This document shows, one piece after another, positions 16,786-25,525 of a DNA stretch of 53,837 bases. The position numbers and the translations under genes are program-made. How positions within the stretch are numbered: position 1 is the first letter of the stretch; the number at the start of each line of letters is the position of its first letter. Source of the stretch: an uncultured Lachnospiraceae bacterium. Lineage in GTDB: Bacteria; Bacillota; Clostridia; Christensenellales; UBA1242. The stretch lies in NCBI GenBank assembly GCA_964541365.1, contig CAZIPJ010000002.1, positions 1 to 53,837 of the forward strand, written 5' to 3'. The notes under the pieces are model-generated. The model was not told the DNA's origin. It saw nothing but the letters and a program-made list of their open reading frames with translations, and did no database searches.

Positions 16786-18612
16786 TTAAGTTTCGTTAAA
16801 TTGGCTGTTGTAAAGGTCAGCATAGAAGCCACCTTTTTCCAAAAGCTCTTCGTGATTTCCGCTTTCCACAATATCTCCGTCCTTCAAAACAAGGATAATA
16901 TCCGAATTTTTGATTGTTGAAAGTCTGTGTGCAATCACAAAAGTTGTTCTTCCTTCTGACACCTTATCCATAGCCTTTTGAATAAGTTCTTCTGTTCTTG
17001 TATCAACAGAACTTGTTGCTTCATCCAAAATCAGCATTGGAGAGTTGTTTACCATAACTCTTGCAATAGTCAAAAGTTGGCGTTGTCCTTGGCTTATGTT
17101 TGCCTTTTCATCAATCACCATATCATAACCGTTTGGTAGTGACCTGATGAAGTGGTCGATGTGTGCAAAACAGCAAGCATTTTCAATTTGTTCGTTTGAA
17201 AGCCCATAAGTTCCATAACTAATGTTCTCTCTGATTGTTCCTTCAAAAAGCCAAGCATCCTGCAAAACCATTCCAAAATAGCCACGCACTTCTTCTCTTG
17301 ACATATCCTTGATTGAAATTCCGTCAATCAAAATATCTCCGCTATTTACTTCATAAAATCTCATCAAAAGGTTAACCAGCGTCGTTTTTCCAGCTCCTGT
17401 TGGACCAACAATCGCAACTTTCTGACCAGCCTTAATGTTTGCACTGAAATTGTGAATGATTACTTTTTCTCTTTCATAACCGAAGCAAACATTCTTAAAT
17501 TCCACATTCCCAGACACTTTTTGAAGTTGTCTCTCTTTGTGTTCTTCTTCCTGTTCTTCCGCATCCAAAAACTCAAAAAGTCTTTCACTTGCAGCGGCAG
17601 TTGATTGAAGCGTGCTTGAAATGTTTGCGACATTGCTCACCTGCATATTAAATGTTCTCATATATGTTATGAAAGTCACAATTGTTGCAGCATAGACTGG
17701 GTCACTGTTTTTGATTGCAATATATCCACCCAAAATGCAAATCACAACATATGAAACATTTCCGATGAAATTCATAACTGGGTGCATAAGTCCACTTAAA
17801 AAGTTTGCTTTAAATGAAGACTTGAACAGCTCCTTATTTGTCTTGTCAAATTTTGCCTGTTCTTTCTCTTCTCCGCTGAACACCTTGACAACATTATGTG
17901 CTGAATAGATTTCTTCAATCTGTCCGTTAATTTCGCCAAGCTCTCTCTGCTGTCTGACAAAGTGTTTTTGTGAAAATTTGACAATAAGAAGCACAAGTCC
18001 CATTGATATTGGCATAATTCCAATTACAACCAGTGTCAAAAGCCAGCTGTTGACAAACATCATAATAACAGCACCGATAATCATTGTGACGCTTGAAATA
18101 ACACTGCTTAAACTGTTGCTCAGACTTTGACCGAGTGTGTCGACATCGTTTGTCACACGACTGAGAGTGTCGCCGATTGAGTTGCTGTCAAAGTATTTAA
18201 GTGGAAGACGATTGATTTTTTTGCTGATGCCTTCTCTGTATCTTCTTGTGATGACAGCAGTAACTTTTGACATAATGAAACCTTGAAAAAAGTTTAAGAT
18301 TCCACTGCCAACATACATACAAATCAGAATTATTCCAAAGTAAGTAATTTTTGCCATATCAACAGCGATACCTGCAAAACCTGCTTTGACAATTACTTCT
18401 GAAAGTTTCTTAATAATAGTTGGAGCAACAATATTTAAAGTTGTGCTGGAAATGGCAAAGGTAAAAGCAATAATAATCAGCCATTTAAAACCTGACAAAG
18501 ATTTTGCAAGTCTTGCAAAACTCTTTTTAAAATTCTTTGCCTTATCTGTGGTGTGCATACCCCTTCCCATTGGGCCACGCATCTGTCTTGGTTTAGTATT
18601 TTTCTGTTCCAT
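16786..18612 (-). CDS. ABC exporter, fused permease/ATPase subunit (consensus ATP site)
   Basis: 608 aa. Six-TM N-domain, Walker A GPTGAGKTT, signature ISQGQRQL, Walker B LILDEATS. Its start overlaps the upstream partner's stop (TAATG). Confidence 0.9.
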   Translation of the reverse strand: MEQKNTKPRQMRGPMGRGMHTTDKAKNFKKSFARLAKSLSGFKWLIIIAFTFAISSTTLNIVAPTIIKKLSEVIVKAGFAGIAVDMAKITYFGIILICMYVGSGILNFFQGFIMSKVTAVITRRYREGISKKINRLPLKYFDSNSIGDTLSRVTNDVDTLGQSLSNSLSSVISSVTMIIGAVIMMFVNSWLLTLVVIGIMPISMGLVLLIVKFSQKHFVRQQRELGEINGQIEEIYSAHNVVKVFSGEEKEQAKFDKTNKELFKSSFKANFLSGLMHPVMNFIGNVSYVVICILGGYIAIKNSDPVYAATIVTFITYMRTFNMQVSNVANISSTLQSTAAASERLFEFLDAEEQEEEHKERQLQKVSGNVEFKNVCFGYEREKVIIHNFSANIKAGQKVAIVGPTGAGKTTLVNLLMRFYEVNSGDILIDGISIKDMSREEVRGYFGMVLQDAWLFEGTIRENISYGTYGLSNEQIENACCFAHIDHFIRSLPNGYDMVIDEKANISQGQRQLLTIARVMVNNSPMLILDEATSSVDTRTEELIQKAMDKVSEGRTTFVIAHRLSTIKNSDIILVLKDGDIVESGNHEELLEKGGFYADLYNSQFNET

Positions 18613-20336
18613 TATTCAAGTTCCTCCTTTGACAATTGTGAAAGGGCGATTTCTTGATATACTTCACAAGTCTTCATCAACTCTGTATGAGTCCCCACGC
18701 CAACCATTTTTCCATTATCCAATACGATAATTTTGTCAGCATCCATAATAGTCCCAACTCTTTGAGCGACGATAATCTTTGTTGCATCCTTGGTGTGTTT
18801 TGAAAGAGCTTTACGAAGTTTTTTGTCTGTCTTGTAATCGAGTGCTGAGAAACTGTCGTCAAAAACATAAATTTCTGGATTTTTCACAACTGCTCTGGCA
18901 ATACACAATCTCTGTCTCTGACCACCAGAAACATTTGTTCCGCCTTGTGCAACTTGGTATGCAAGCCCACCGTCAAGTTTTTCAACAAAGTTTGCCTGAG
19001 CAACTTTGAGTGCCTTTTGCACATCTTCGTCTGTGCTTTCTTCTGCACCATACTTAATGTTTTCTTCAACTGTCCCGCTGAACAAGACACCTTTTTGTGG
19101 AACAAAGCCAAGTTTATCATTCAGTGCTTTGCTTGAATAATTTTTCACATCCACATCATCAATCAAAACCTGCCCAAATGTAGCATCAAAGAAACGTGGA
19201 ATAAGGTTGACAAGGGTTGACTTTCCGCTTCCGGTCGAACCAATGAAAGCCACTGTTTCCCCTTTGTTTGCCACAAAGTTGATGTTTTCCAAAACATTCA
19301 TCTCTGCATCTGGATATCTAAAAGAAACATTCCTGAATTCAAGTTTTCCTTTGACTTGTGTCTGTCCGTCAAAATTACCTGGGACAATTTTTGTCTTGGT
19401 CTTCAAAACTTCACCGATTCTCTTTCCGCTGACAACAGCTCTTGGTGTCATCATCACAACAGCAGAAAGGAACATAAAGCTCATCAAAATATGCATTCCG
19501 TATTGAGTAAATTCAACGATGTCACTAAACACGATTGTACCTTTGTTTATAAAGTGAGCTCCAACCCAATAAATAGCAAGCGTCAAGCCGTTGAAAATCA
19601 AATTCATAAATGGGCTCATAAGGCTCATAACCCTTCCAACAAAAAGGTTGAGTTTTGTAATTTCGCCGTTTACATTATCAAACTTTTTCTCTTGCAACGC
19701 TTCGGTGTTATATGCTCTGACAACTCTAAGTCCAGTAAGATTTTCTCTTGTGACAGAGTTGAGCCTATCTGTTTTCTTCTGTATCTTTGAAAATGCTGGC
19801 ATTGCAAAACCAAATATAATTGCAAATACAACAAACATTACCACAACAGAAATGGCTGTAATCCAACTGAATGTTGCACTGCTGTTCACCATATTAACGA
19901 TTGAGAAGATTGCCATTGCCGGAGCCATAACACCCATACGCAAAACCATTTGCAAGATGTTTTGAATTTGTGTAACATCGTTTGTGCTTCTGGTAATCAA
20001 GCTGGCAGTAGAGAATTTGTTGATTTCTTCCTGAGAAAAACCGTTAACCGTTCTAAATATGTCAGCTCTAAGTCTTCTTGAAAACATTGAAGCAATATAA
20101 GAAACCAACAAAGACGCCAGAATCGCAGTAGCCATAATCACTGCCGAATAAATCAGCATCCACTTTCCAGTGTCCCAAATGGAAGCCACAGGAGCAACTG
20201 CCTGCACCTTCCCAATCAATTCTGCCATTTTCTTAATCAGTTCCATTTCAAAATAAACCTGAGTGACAGTGATGGCAGCGCTAAGCAGAACAATGAAATA
20301 TTCATACCATTTTAAATTTCTGAAAACCTTAGACAT
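18612..20336 (-). CDS. ABC exporter, fused permease/ATPase subunit (degenerate-site partner)
   Basis: Start taken at MSKVFRNLKWYEY (ATG 20336, SD AAGGAGAG upstream) rather than the track start. Walker A GSTGSGKST, signature VSGGQRQR. Walker B is IYVFDDSFS, with Asp replacing the catalytic Glu, as in heterodimeric exporters of the LmrCD/BmrCD/TM287-288 type. Confidence 0.9.
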   Translation of the reverse strand: MSKVFRNLKWYEYFIVLLSAAITVTQVYFEMELIKKMAELIGKVQAVAPVASIWDTGKWMLIYSAVIMATAILASLLVSYIASMFSRRLRADIFRTVNGFSQEEINKFSTASLITRSTNDVTQIQNILQMVLRMGVMAPAMAIFSIVNMVNSSATFSWITAISVVVMFVVFAIIFGFAMPAFSKIQKKTDRLNSVTRENLTGLRVVRAYNTEALQEKKFDNVNGEITKLNLFVGRVMSLMSPFMNLIFNGLTLAIYWVGAHFINKGTIVFSDIVEFTQYGMHILMSFMFLSAVVMMTPRAVVSGKRIGEVLKTKTKIVPGNFDGQTQVKGKLEFRNVSFRYPDAEMNVLENINFVANKGETVAFIGSTGSGKSTLVNLIPRFFDATFGQVLIDDVDVKNYSSKALNDKLGFVPQKGVLFSGTVEENIKYGAEESTDEDVQKALKVAQANFVEKLDGGLAYQVAQGGTNVSGGQRQRLCIARAVVKNPEIYVFDDSFSALDYKTDKKLRKALSKHTKDATKIIVAQRVGTIMDADKIIVLDNGKMVGVGTHTELMKTCEVYQEIALSQLSKEELE

Positions 20337-20417
20337 TTTCACTCTCCTTATTTTTGATTTCGTTTTTTGCAAAGGGCAAAAAAAGAAAAATTGCAAGAAA
20401 CCTTGCGAGTTGCCATA

Positions 20418-20449
20418 ATGATATCAAAAATCCCGTTGACTTGTCAACG
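20418..20449 (-). promoter_or_regulatory. Sigma-A-like promoter of the ABC operon overlapping a perfect 7-2-7 palindrome (candidate operator)
   Basis: Minus strand reads TTGACA (20447-20442)-N18-TATCAT (20423-18). The -35 lies inside the palindrome CGTTGAC-tt-GTCAACG (20434-20449). Confidence 0.45.
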
Positions 20450-20490
20450 AAATGCTGGCACAATCCTTAAACTAAATATGCTCAATAAAT

Positions 20491-20510
20491 AAAAAAAGTT
20501 CAAAAGAACT
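20491..20510 (-). terminator. Rho-independent terminator ending the ESCRT-like operon
   Basis: Hairpin AGTTC-aaaa-GAACT (20497-20510) 4 nt after the stop of the 1279-aa gene. On the minus strand it is followed by a T7 run (plus-strand A-run 20491-20497). Confidence 0.55.
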
Positions 20511-20514
20511 TTTC

Positions 20515-23500
20515 TTATTTTAATGTTGGAAGTCCGTCACCAGACAAATTCCAAATTTTTGAATTAAAGTTAAAAATTGAGCTATATGCTTTCACTTCAT
20601 TTCTTACTGCAACAGTGGCATCTGCAAAAGCACTAATAACTTCTCCGACCACTTTTCTGTCTGATGTGCAAAAACTGTATTTCACAACTCCACCAAGTGT
20701 ACCTACAAGTCCGCCAACTTTCATTGTATTTTCACAGTTTATGACAACTGCACTGTAACTGTGACTTATTGAAATACCTGTTTCACTGTTAACGTACTTG
20801 CCATAAAGCCCACCAACAGAGACATTTGTAAATGTTGAAGCAATGCCTATTGTGCCAGTGGAGTAATTGTTTTCACTTCCACTTTTTCCATCACCAACAA
20901 GTCCACCAACAAAAAGCTGTTCTGCATTTCCGCTAATTTGTAAACCTGCCAAATTTGCAGAGTTCTGTTCCAAGAGCAGTTTCTTTTCTTCAAAGTTATC
21001 AAGTGTTCCGACAAGCCCACCAACATTTGCAGTCATCAAACTCTTTCCCGTCAGATTCAAATAAATAGAACAACGATTTGATTTTATTGTGGAAGTCCCG
21101 CCAACTTTCACTGCCCCAGCAAGTCCGCCAAAGTCAATATTATTTTTTGACGCATCAATTCTTATATTTAAATTTACTTCGCAATCTGAAATAGCTCCAC
21201 CTTTGTTTTGTGATGCAATCCCACCAAAAACAAAGTCTTTGCTTGTTTCAATCCAAACTGTTCCATTGCAGAATATCTTACATTCTTTGATTTTTCCGCT
21301 GTTTTTTACTGCAATGCCTGCAAAATTTGATATACCACTCAATTTCTTTGTTGTGTAATAAACTTGAAGTTTTTTCACTTCTCCCGAGTTGCTTGAAAAG
21401 AGTGCAATTTTCTTTTTTGCTCTAACATTAAGATTTGAAACCGTAAACCCGTTGCCGTCAAGAGTTCCGCTGAAAGCACAAGGCTTCCAATTGACGTTCT
21501 CCATATCCACATCATTTTCCAGACGAAGCTCAGCATAAGGAGCATTGTGCAAAAGCGTTTTAAATTCTTTTGCGTTGTTGATTGTCACAACTGTTGGCAT
21601 AAGGTAGAACCCAATGCACATAAGAGCAACATTTAAAAATCCAAAGAACATCAAAACCAAATTTGCGGTTTTCCAATTTTTGTGCAATTTGTTTTTCTTT
21701 ATAAGAAAATAAACCAAATTCACTAGGGAAACAGCCGCACTTAGACAAACAAGTGCAATCACAAAATTCTGGTTGAAGTACATATACACTTCTTTTGGGA
21801 TTGCAATAATAACAGCCAGAAGAAGCGTCGTAAACAAAATAGGAAACATCTCCAAAAAGGCATATAAGTACCTTTTCATAAACTTTTTGTGTTTATCATA
21901 TTCAACTTCAACTTCAACCGATGGAGCAGTTTTCTCTTTCTGTTTCTTTGGAGTCTTAACAGCAAGCTTTTCAACTTTTGCAGCCTTCAAGCCCGCTTCC
22001 CTTCCTTCAAGCTTTGCCACATTAACTGACATATCAAGAGTCAAATCAAGAAGATTGAGCCTTGTCGCAATCTTATTGGCAACATCTTGATACTCTTCCA
22101 AAGTGATATTCCCTTTAAGCTTGTTTACATAGTTTTCAAAAGGTTCAAGTTGCAGTTTGAAATAGTTTGCGCCACGAAGTACATTTTTCCCTTCTTCACT
22201 TACCATTTCAAGCAAAATCTTGTTGTTTCTTAAAACAAAGTCATTCAGTTTTTCGGTCAAAACTTTCTTATCTAACCATTCATCAGCAATGTCTGATTTC
22301 TCTCCTGAATAGAGATTTGATTTGCTGATGACTGCACCATATTTTTCTGCTTGTGCACTGTCTGCACAGGCAAGCAAACTTTCCCATTCTGGCATCTGAG
22401 AAATCTTAACTTTGCTCTTAACCAGTTTTGCTTCTGAATTGCAGTGACATTTGATTTGAATCAATTTCCAATACAACTGAGCATCTGTCTTATCTTTTGA
22501 AATTGCAATCGTGATATATTTCTCAGCTGCGGTGTAAAATCTCATCTGTTGGAAATAATCTGCCACTGCTTTCAAAATCTCAGCCAGACTCTTGTCGTCT
22601 TCCACATAAGCAAGATAAAAATCAAGTTGTTGCTGTGCTTTTTGAAGGTCAATATATGACACCGGCAAAATAATGTTCACAATAGAAGAAATCAGCTTTG
22701 CACGTTTCTCCTTGGAAAGATATTTAAGAGTATCTTCAACAATATCTTTCTTCCTAAATTCAAGTTTTGAATTGCTGTCTTTAAAGTTTTTCAAAAGCAT
22801 TGCAATATTGCTTTGCTCGTGTCCAGCATCAATATCCAAAACCTTTTTGTAATAATTGTCATCCCCGCTCTTTTGTGCAAGCATAAAATAGAAGTCAACA
22901 AATCTATCAACATCGTCATTTTGAAAACATTTAAGCACTTTGTCAATTAGAGATGGGTCAAGTGTTTCAAGAGCTTTTGTTTCAGCCGCAGAAATAAGTC
23001 TCTCCCTGTTTGGAGTGTTATATTGTGCCAAGTATAAAAGGAAAGAGTTGTAATATTCCACACTGTCAAGTCTCATAACCAGATTTCCCCAGTTATCAAC
23101 TATCATTTCAGCAAACTCTTTTGGTGCAAATTTAAGGATGTTGTCAATTCTTTCTTTTTCTTTCAAGTTTGCAATGTCAAGGAAAAATTCCCCTGCTGTT
23201 CTGACTTTATAGTCACAAAGCAGTGTTGCAAACAAAAGTTCCGCATTGTTTGGGTCACTTTGAAGTTCCTTTTCAGCCATCTCCCTTGCGGACTGAAAAT
23301 CACCATTTTTAAGACTGATGAAAATCCACTTAATTTTGTTGGCTTCACTCATCTCCAAATTTTCAACTTTATAGTTTCCAAGTTCGGCCGCATTGATGCT
23401 CTCAACTTCAACCTTTTTCTTCTTTACGGAAGAAACTTTCTTGACGCTAACTTTTTCAATTTTTGCCACTTCAAGCAAGGCTTTTTCTTTCTCTGCTTTG

Positions 23501-24354
23501 ACTTTAAGTGCAAGCTCATCAACCTGCCCATCGCCTGATAAGTCAATAATATTTTTAATGCTTGTTAAGTCTTTTGGCAAAACATCTTCTGTTACGCCAT
23601 TGTCAAAAGCGACAACAAAACTTGTCGCACTTTTTTGTTTCTCTGATATAAAATATCTATACCTATCAAACAGATTCTTGACTTCGCTGTCATTAAATCC
23701 AGTAGTTTTATTTGCATACAAAACAAAAACACTTGCAGTTTTTAAAGCATTAAAAGTCTCTTCTTCTGTCTCTTTTTCTCTTTCCTGAACAAAATAGGTT
23801 GACAGACCTTTTTCTTCAAATGCTCTAACAGTATCCAAAAGCTTATCATTTGGATTGGTTCTGTCAAAGTTCATTGCACAAAGCACAACATCATATGTTT
23901 TTGCTCCTGCAACATTTTTATAGCTTTCAGCGATTTTTTCAATCAGCTTGGCAGTTTCGGTATAGGTTCTTGCCGACTCAGCTGGTGCATTTTCCACTGC
24001 ACTTACAAAATCAGGGTCGTCATTTATTTTGCAAATTTCATCGCCAAAAAAACGGGGCTTTTTGCTGGAAGTCCCTCTTCTGGAATAAAGTACGATTTTG
24101 TGCTTTGCCAAAACCTTACCAAAATATGCTTCGAAAGACATTGGATAGAGTGCCAAAATCTTGTCAAACTCATCCAATGCTTCGTCAAATTTAAACTGTC
24201 TTAATTTTTCATATGCCCAAACTGTGAGAGTTTCTTCTTCTTTTGAAGCGTGTTCGTCCACGTAAAGAGTACCACAAAACTGGCATTTAACCATATTTTG
24301 CCCAACAACTGCATATTGTCTGCCCCCACAGTTTTTACAAACACGTTCTCTCAA
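20515..24354 (-). CDS. 1279-aa multidomain membrane protein: N-terminal zinc ribbon, possible TIR-like/flavodoxin-like module, long TPR-like helical region, 3 TM segments, extracellular GLUG-type beta-helix
   Basis: TTG start at 24354 with AGGGG 6 nt upstream.
- Zinc ribbon: CKNCGG...CQFCG.
- TIR-like: YDVVLCAMNF...EEKGLSTYFVQ...ASVFVLYANKT (tentative).
- Repeated TPR-like units: EAYFGKVLAKHKIV, AELLFATLLCDYKV, AQLYWKLIQIKCHC.
- TM segments: FPILFTTLLLAVIIAI, FVIALVCLSAAVSLVNLVYFLI, LVLMFFGFLNVALMCIGFYLM.
- C-terminus: FSGTLDGNGFTV, then AGIAVKNSGKIKEC, GGIASQNKGGAISDC, GGLAGAV, GGLVGTL, GGLVGDG, GGLYGKY. Confidence 0.8.
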   Translation of the reverse strand: MRERVCKNCGGRQYAVVGQNMVKCQFCGTLYVDEHASKEEETLTVWAYEKLRQFKFDEALDEFDKILALYPMSFEAYFGKVLAKHKIVLYSRRGTSSKKPRFFGDEICKINDDPDFVSAVENAPAESARTYTETAKLIEKIAESYKNVAGAKTYDVVLCAMNFDRTNPNDKLLDTVRAFEEKGLSTYFVQEREKETEEETFNALKTASVFVLYANKTTGFNDSEVKNLFDRYRYFISEKQKSATSFVVAFDNGVTEDVLPKDLTSIKNIIDLSGDGQVDELALKVKAEKEKALLEVAKIEKVSVKKVSSVKKKKVEVESINAAELGNYKVENLEMSEANKIKWIFISLKNGDFQSAREMAEKELQSDPNNAELLFATLLCDYKVRTAGEFFLDIANLKEKERIDNILKFAPKEFAEMIVDNWGNLVMRLDSVEYYNSFLLYLAQYNTPNRERLISAAETKALETLDPSLIDKVLKCFQNDDVDRFVDFYFMLAQKSGDDNYYKKVLDIDAGHEQSNIAMLLKNFKDSNSKLEFRKKDIVEDTLKYLSKEKRAKLISSIVNIILPVSYIDLQKAQQQLDFYLAYVEDDKSLAEILKAVADYFQQMRFYTAAEKYITIAISKDKTDAQLYWKLIQIKCHCNSEAKLVKSKVKISQMPEWESLLACADSAQAEKYGAVISKSNLYSGEKSDIADEWLDKKVLTEKLNDFVLRNNKILLEMVSEEGKNVLRGANYFKLQLEPFENYVNKLKGNITLEEYQDVANKIATRLNLLDLTLDMSVNVAKLEGREAGLKAAKVEKLAVKTPKKQKEKTAPSVEVEVEYDKHKKFMKRYLYAFLEMFPILFTTLLLAVIIAIPKEVYMYFNQNFVIALVCLSAAVSLVNLVYFLIKKNKLHKNWKTANLVLMFFGFLNVALMCIGFYLMPTVVTINNAKEFKTLLHNAPYAELRLENDVDMENVNWKPCAFSGTLDGNGFTVSNLNVRAKKKIALFSSNSGEVKKLQVYYTTKKLSGISNFAGIAVKNSGKIKECKIFCNGTVWIETSKDFVFGGIASQNKGGAISDCEVNLNIRIDASKNNIDFGGLAGAVKVGGTSTIKSNRCSIYLNLTGKSLMTANVGGLVGTLDNFEEKKLLLEQNSANLAGLQISGNAEQLFVGGLVGDGKSGSENNYSTGTIGIASTFTNVSVGGLYGKYVNSETGISISHSYSAVVINCENTMKVGGLVGTLGGVVKYSFCTSDRKVVGEVISAFADATVAVRNEVKAYSSIFNFNSKIWNLSGDGLPTLK

Positions 24355-24363
24355 TTTAGACCC

Positions 24364-25503
24364 CTAATCTTTCTTCTTTTTAATGTATCCGCTGACTTCA
24401 TTGTTATAGTCATCGAAAAGTTTGATTTCGCTTGGTGTCACGCTTGGTGGCATAACAGCCAAAACTCTGTCAAAATCAGCGTTTGTGATTTTAACGATTG
24501 AATCAGTGGCAATTGCCTGCAAAAGTGGTTCATCTTTTGCTCTGTCACAAAGTTCTTCAATGTCAGCACCACTGTAATTTTCTGTCTGCTCAACAATCTT
24601 GTCAATATCAAAATCGTCAGCAACAGGAACATTTTTCATATTTTTGTTAAGCATAAACTTTCTTGCAGGAGCATCAGGAAGTGGCAAATAAATCTTCTGT
24701 GAAAATCTTCCAGAACGCATTGCTGCACTGTCAATGTCCCAAGGTCTGTTTGTTGCACCCAAAAGCAAAAGGTTTTGGTTTCTTCCAGCAAAACCATCAA
24801 TCTGTTGCAAAAACTCGTTTACTCTCTTGTTGTTGTGAGTGTCATCCCCACGCTTACCCAAAAGGTTGTCCATTTCGTCGATGAAGATGATTGCTCTGTC
24901 TTGCTTGTTTGCTTCTGCAAAAAGGGAGTTGATATTCTTCTCACTGTCACCAACCCACTTGCTGACAATGTCAGAACCTTTGACTGCATAAAACTTTGCA
25001 CCAACTTCATTTGCAATAGCTTTTGCAATCATCGTCTTTCCTGTCCCTGGTGGTCCATACAAAAGCACGCCACCACCGCTCTTTTTGCCATACATCTTGT
25101 ATTTTTCTGGGTATTTGACAGGATTTATCATTCTGATTGTAATCGCTTTCTTGACTTCATCAAGTCCAGCAACATCAGAAAACTTTATGTCAGGCACTTT
25201 TGCCGCCTGCCATTTCTTGATATCGTCATCTTCACCTTCTGACTTGCTGTCATCTTTCTTTTCCACTTTCATTGGTTTCTTTCCAAGATTTTCAGACAAA
25301 TCAACAAGATTTCTTGCTCTTTCCATTCTCGCTTCTTTAAGCTTGCCTTGGCTTTGCTTTGCCATTTGCATCATCGTCTCACCAGCAAGCAAAAAGTTTC
25401 TTTTTGCAAGAGTCAAATTTCCTTTTTCCTTTGCTTCTTTTCCCTTTCTCATATAAAGGTCAAAAGTGTCGGACAAAACAGTCATATTTGGTTGTTCTTT
25501 CAC
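24364..25503 (-). CDS. Vps4/katanin/spastin-clade (meiotic clade) AAA+ ATPase with MIT-like N-terminal three-helix domain
   Basis: 379 aa. GTG start at 25503 with GGGAGA 6-7 nt upstream.
- Walker A: LLYGPPGTGKT.
- Pore-loop region: SDIVSKWVGDSEKNINSLF (compare yeast Vps4 SDLVSKWMGESEKLVKQLF).
- Walker B: IIFIDEMD.
- Sensor and Arg-finger region: LLGATNRPWDIDSAAMRSGRFSQKIYLPLPD (compare Vps4 [29 protein letters not shown]).
- N-terminal 75 aa: helical, MIT-like (YMRKGKEAKEKGNLTLAKRNFLLAGETMMQMAKQSQGKLKEARMERARNLVDLSENL), followed by an acidic/Lys linker. Confidence 0.85.
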   Translation of the reverse strand: MKEQPNMTVLSDTFDLYMRKGKEAKEKGNLTLAKRNFLLAGETMMQMAKQSQGKLKEARMERARNLVDLSENLGKKPMKVEKKDDSKSEGEDDDIKKWQAAKVPDIKFSDVAGLDEVKKAITIRMINPVKYPEKYKMYGKKSGGGVLLYGPPGTGKTMIAKAIANEVGAKFYAVKGSDIVSKWVGDSEKNINSLFAEANKQDRAIIFIDEMDNLLGKRGDDTHNNKRVNEFLQQIDGFAGRNQNLLLLGATNRPWDIDSAAMRSGRFSQKIYLPLPDAPARKFMLNKNMKNVPVADDFDIDKIVEQTENYSGADIEELCDRAKDEPLLQAIATDSIVKITNADFDRVLAVMPPSVTPSEIKLFDDYNNEVSGYIKKKKD

Positions 25504-25525
25504 CGTTCGTCTCCCGTTTAAAAAT

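Noticed and set aside
18612-20396. N-terminal extension MQFFFFCPLQKTKSKIRRVK of the ABC subunit
   Set aside because: The extension overlaps the predicted promoter/leader and lacks an SD. ATG 20336 has AAGGAGAG upstream and begins the conserved sequence.
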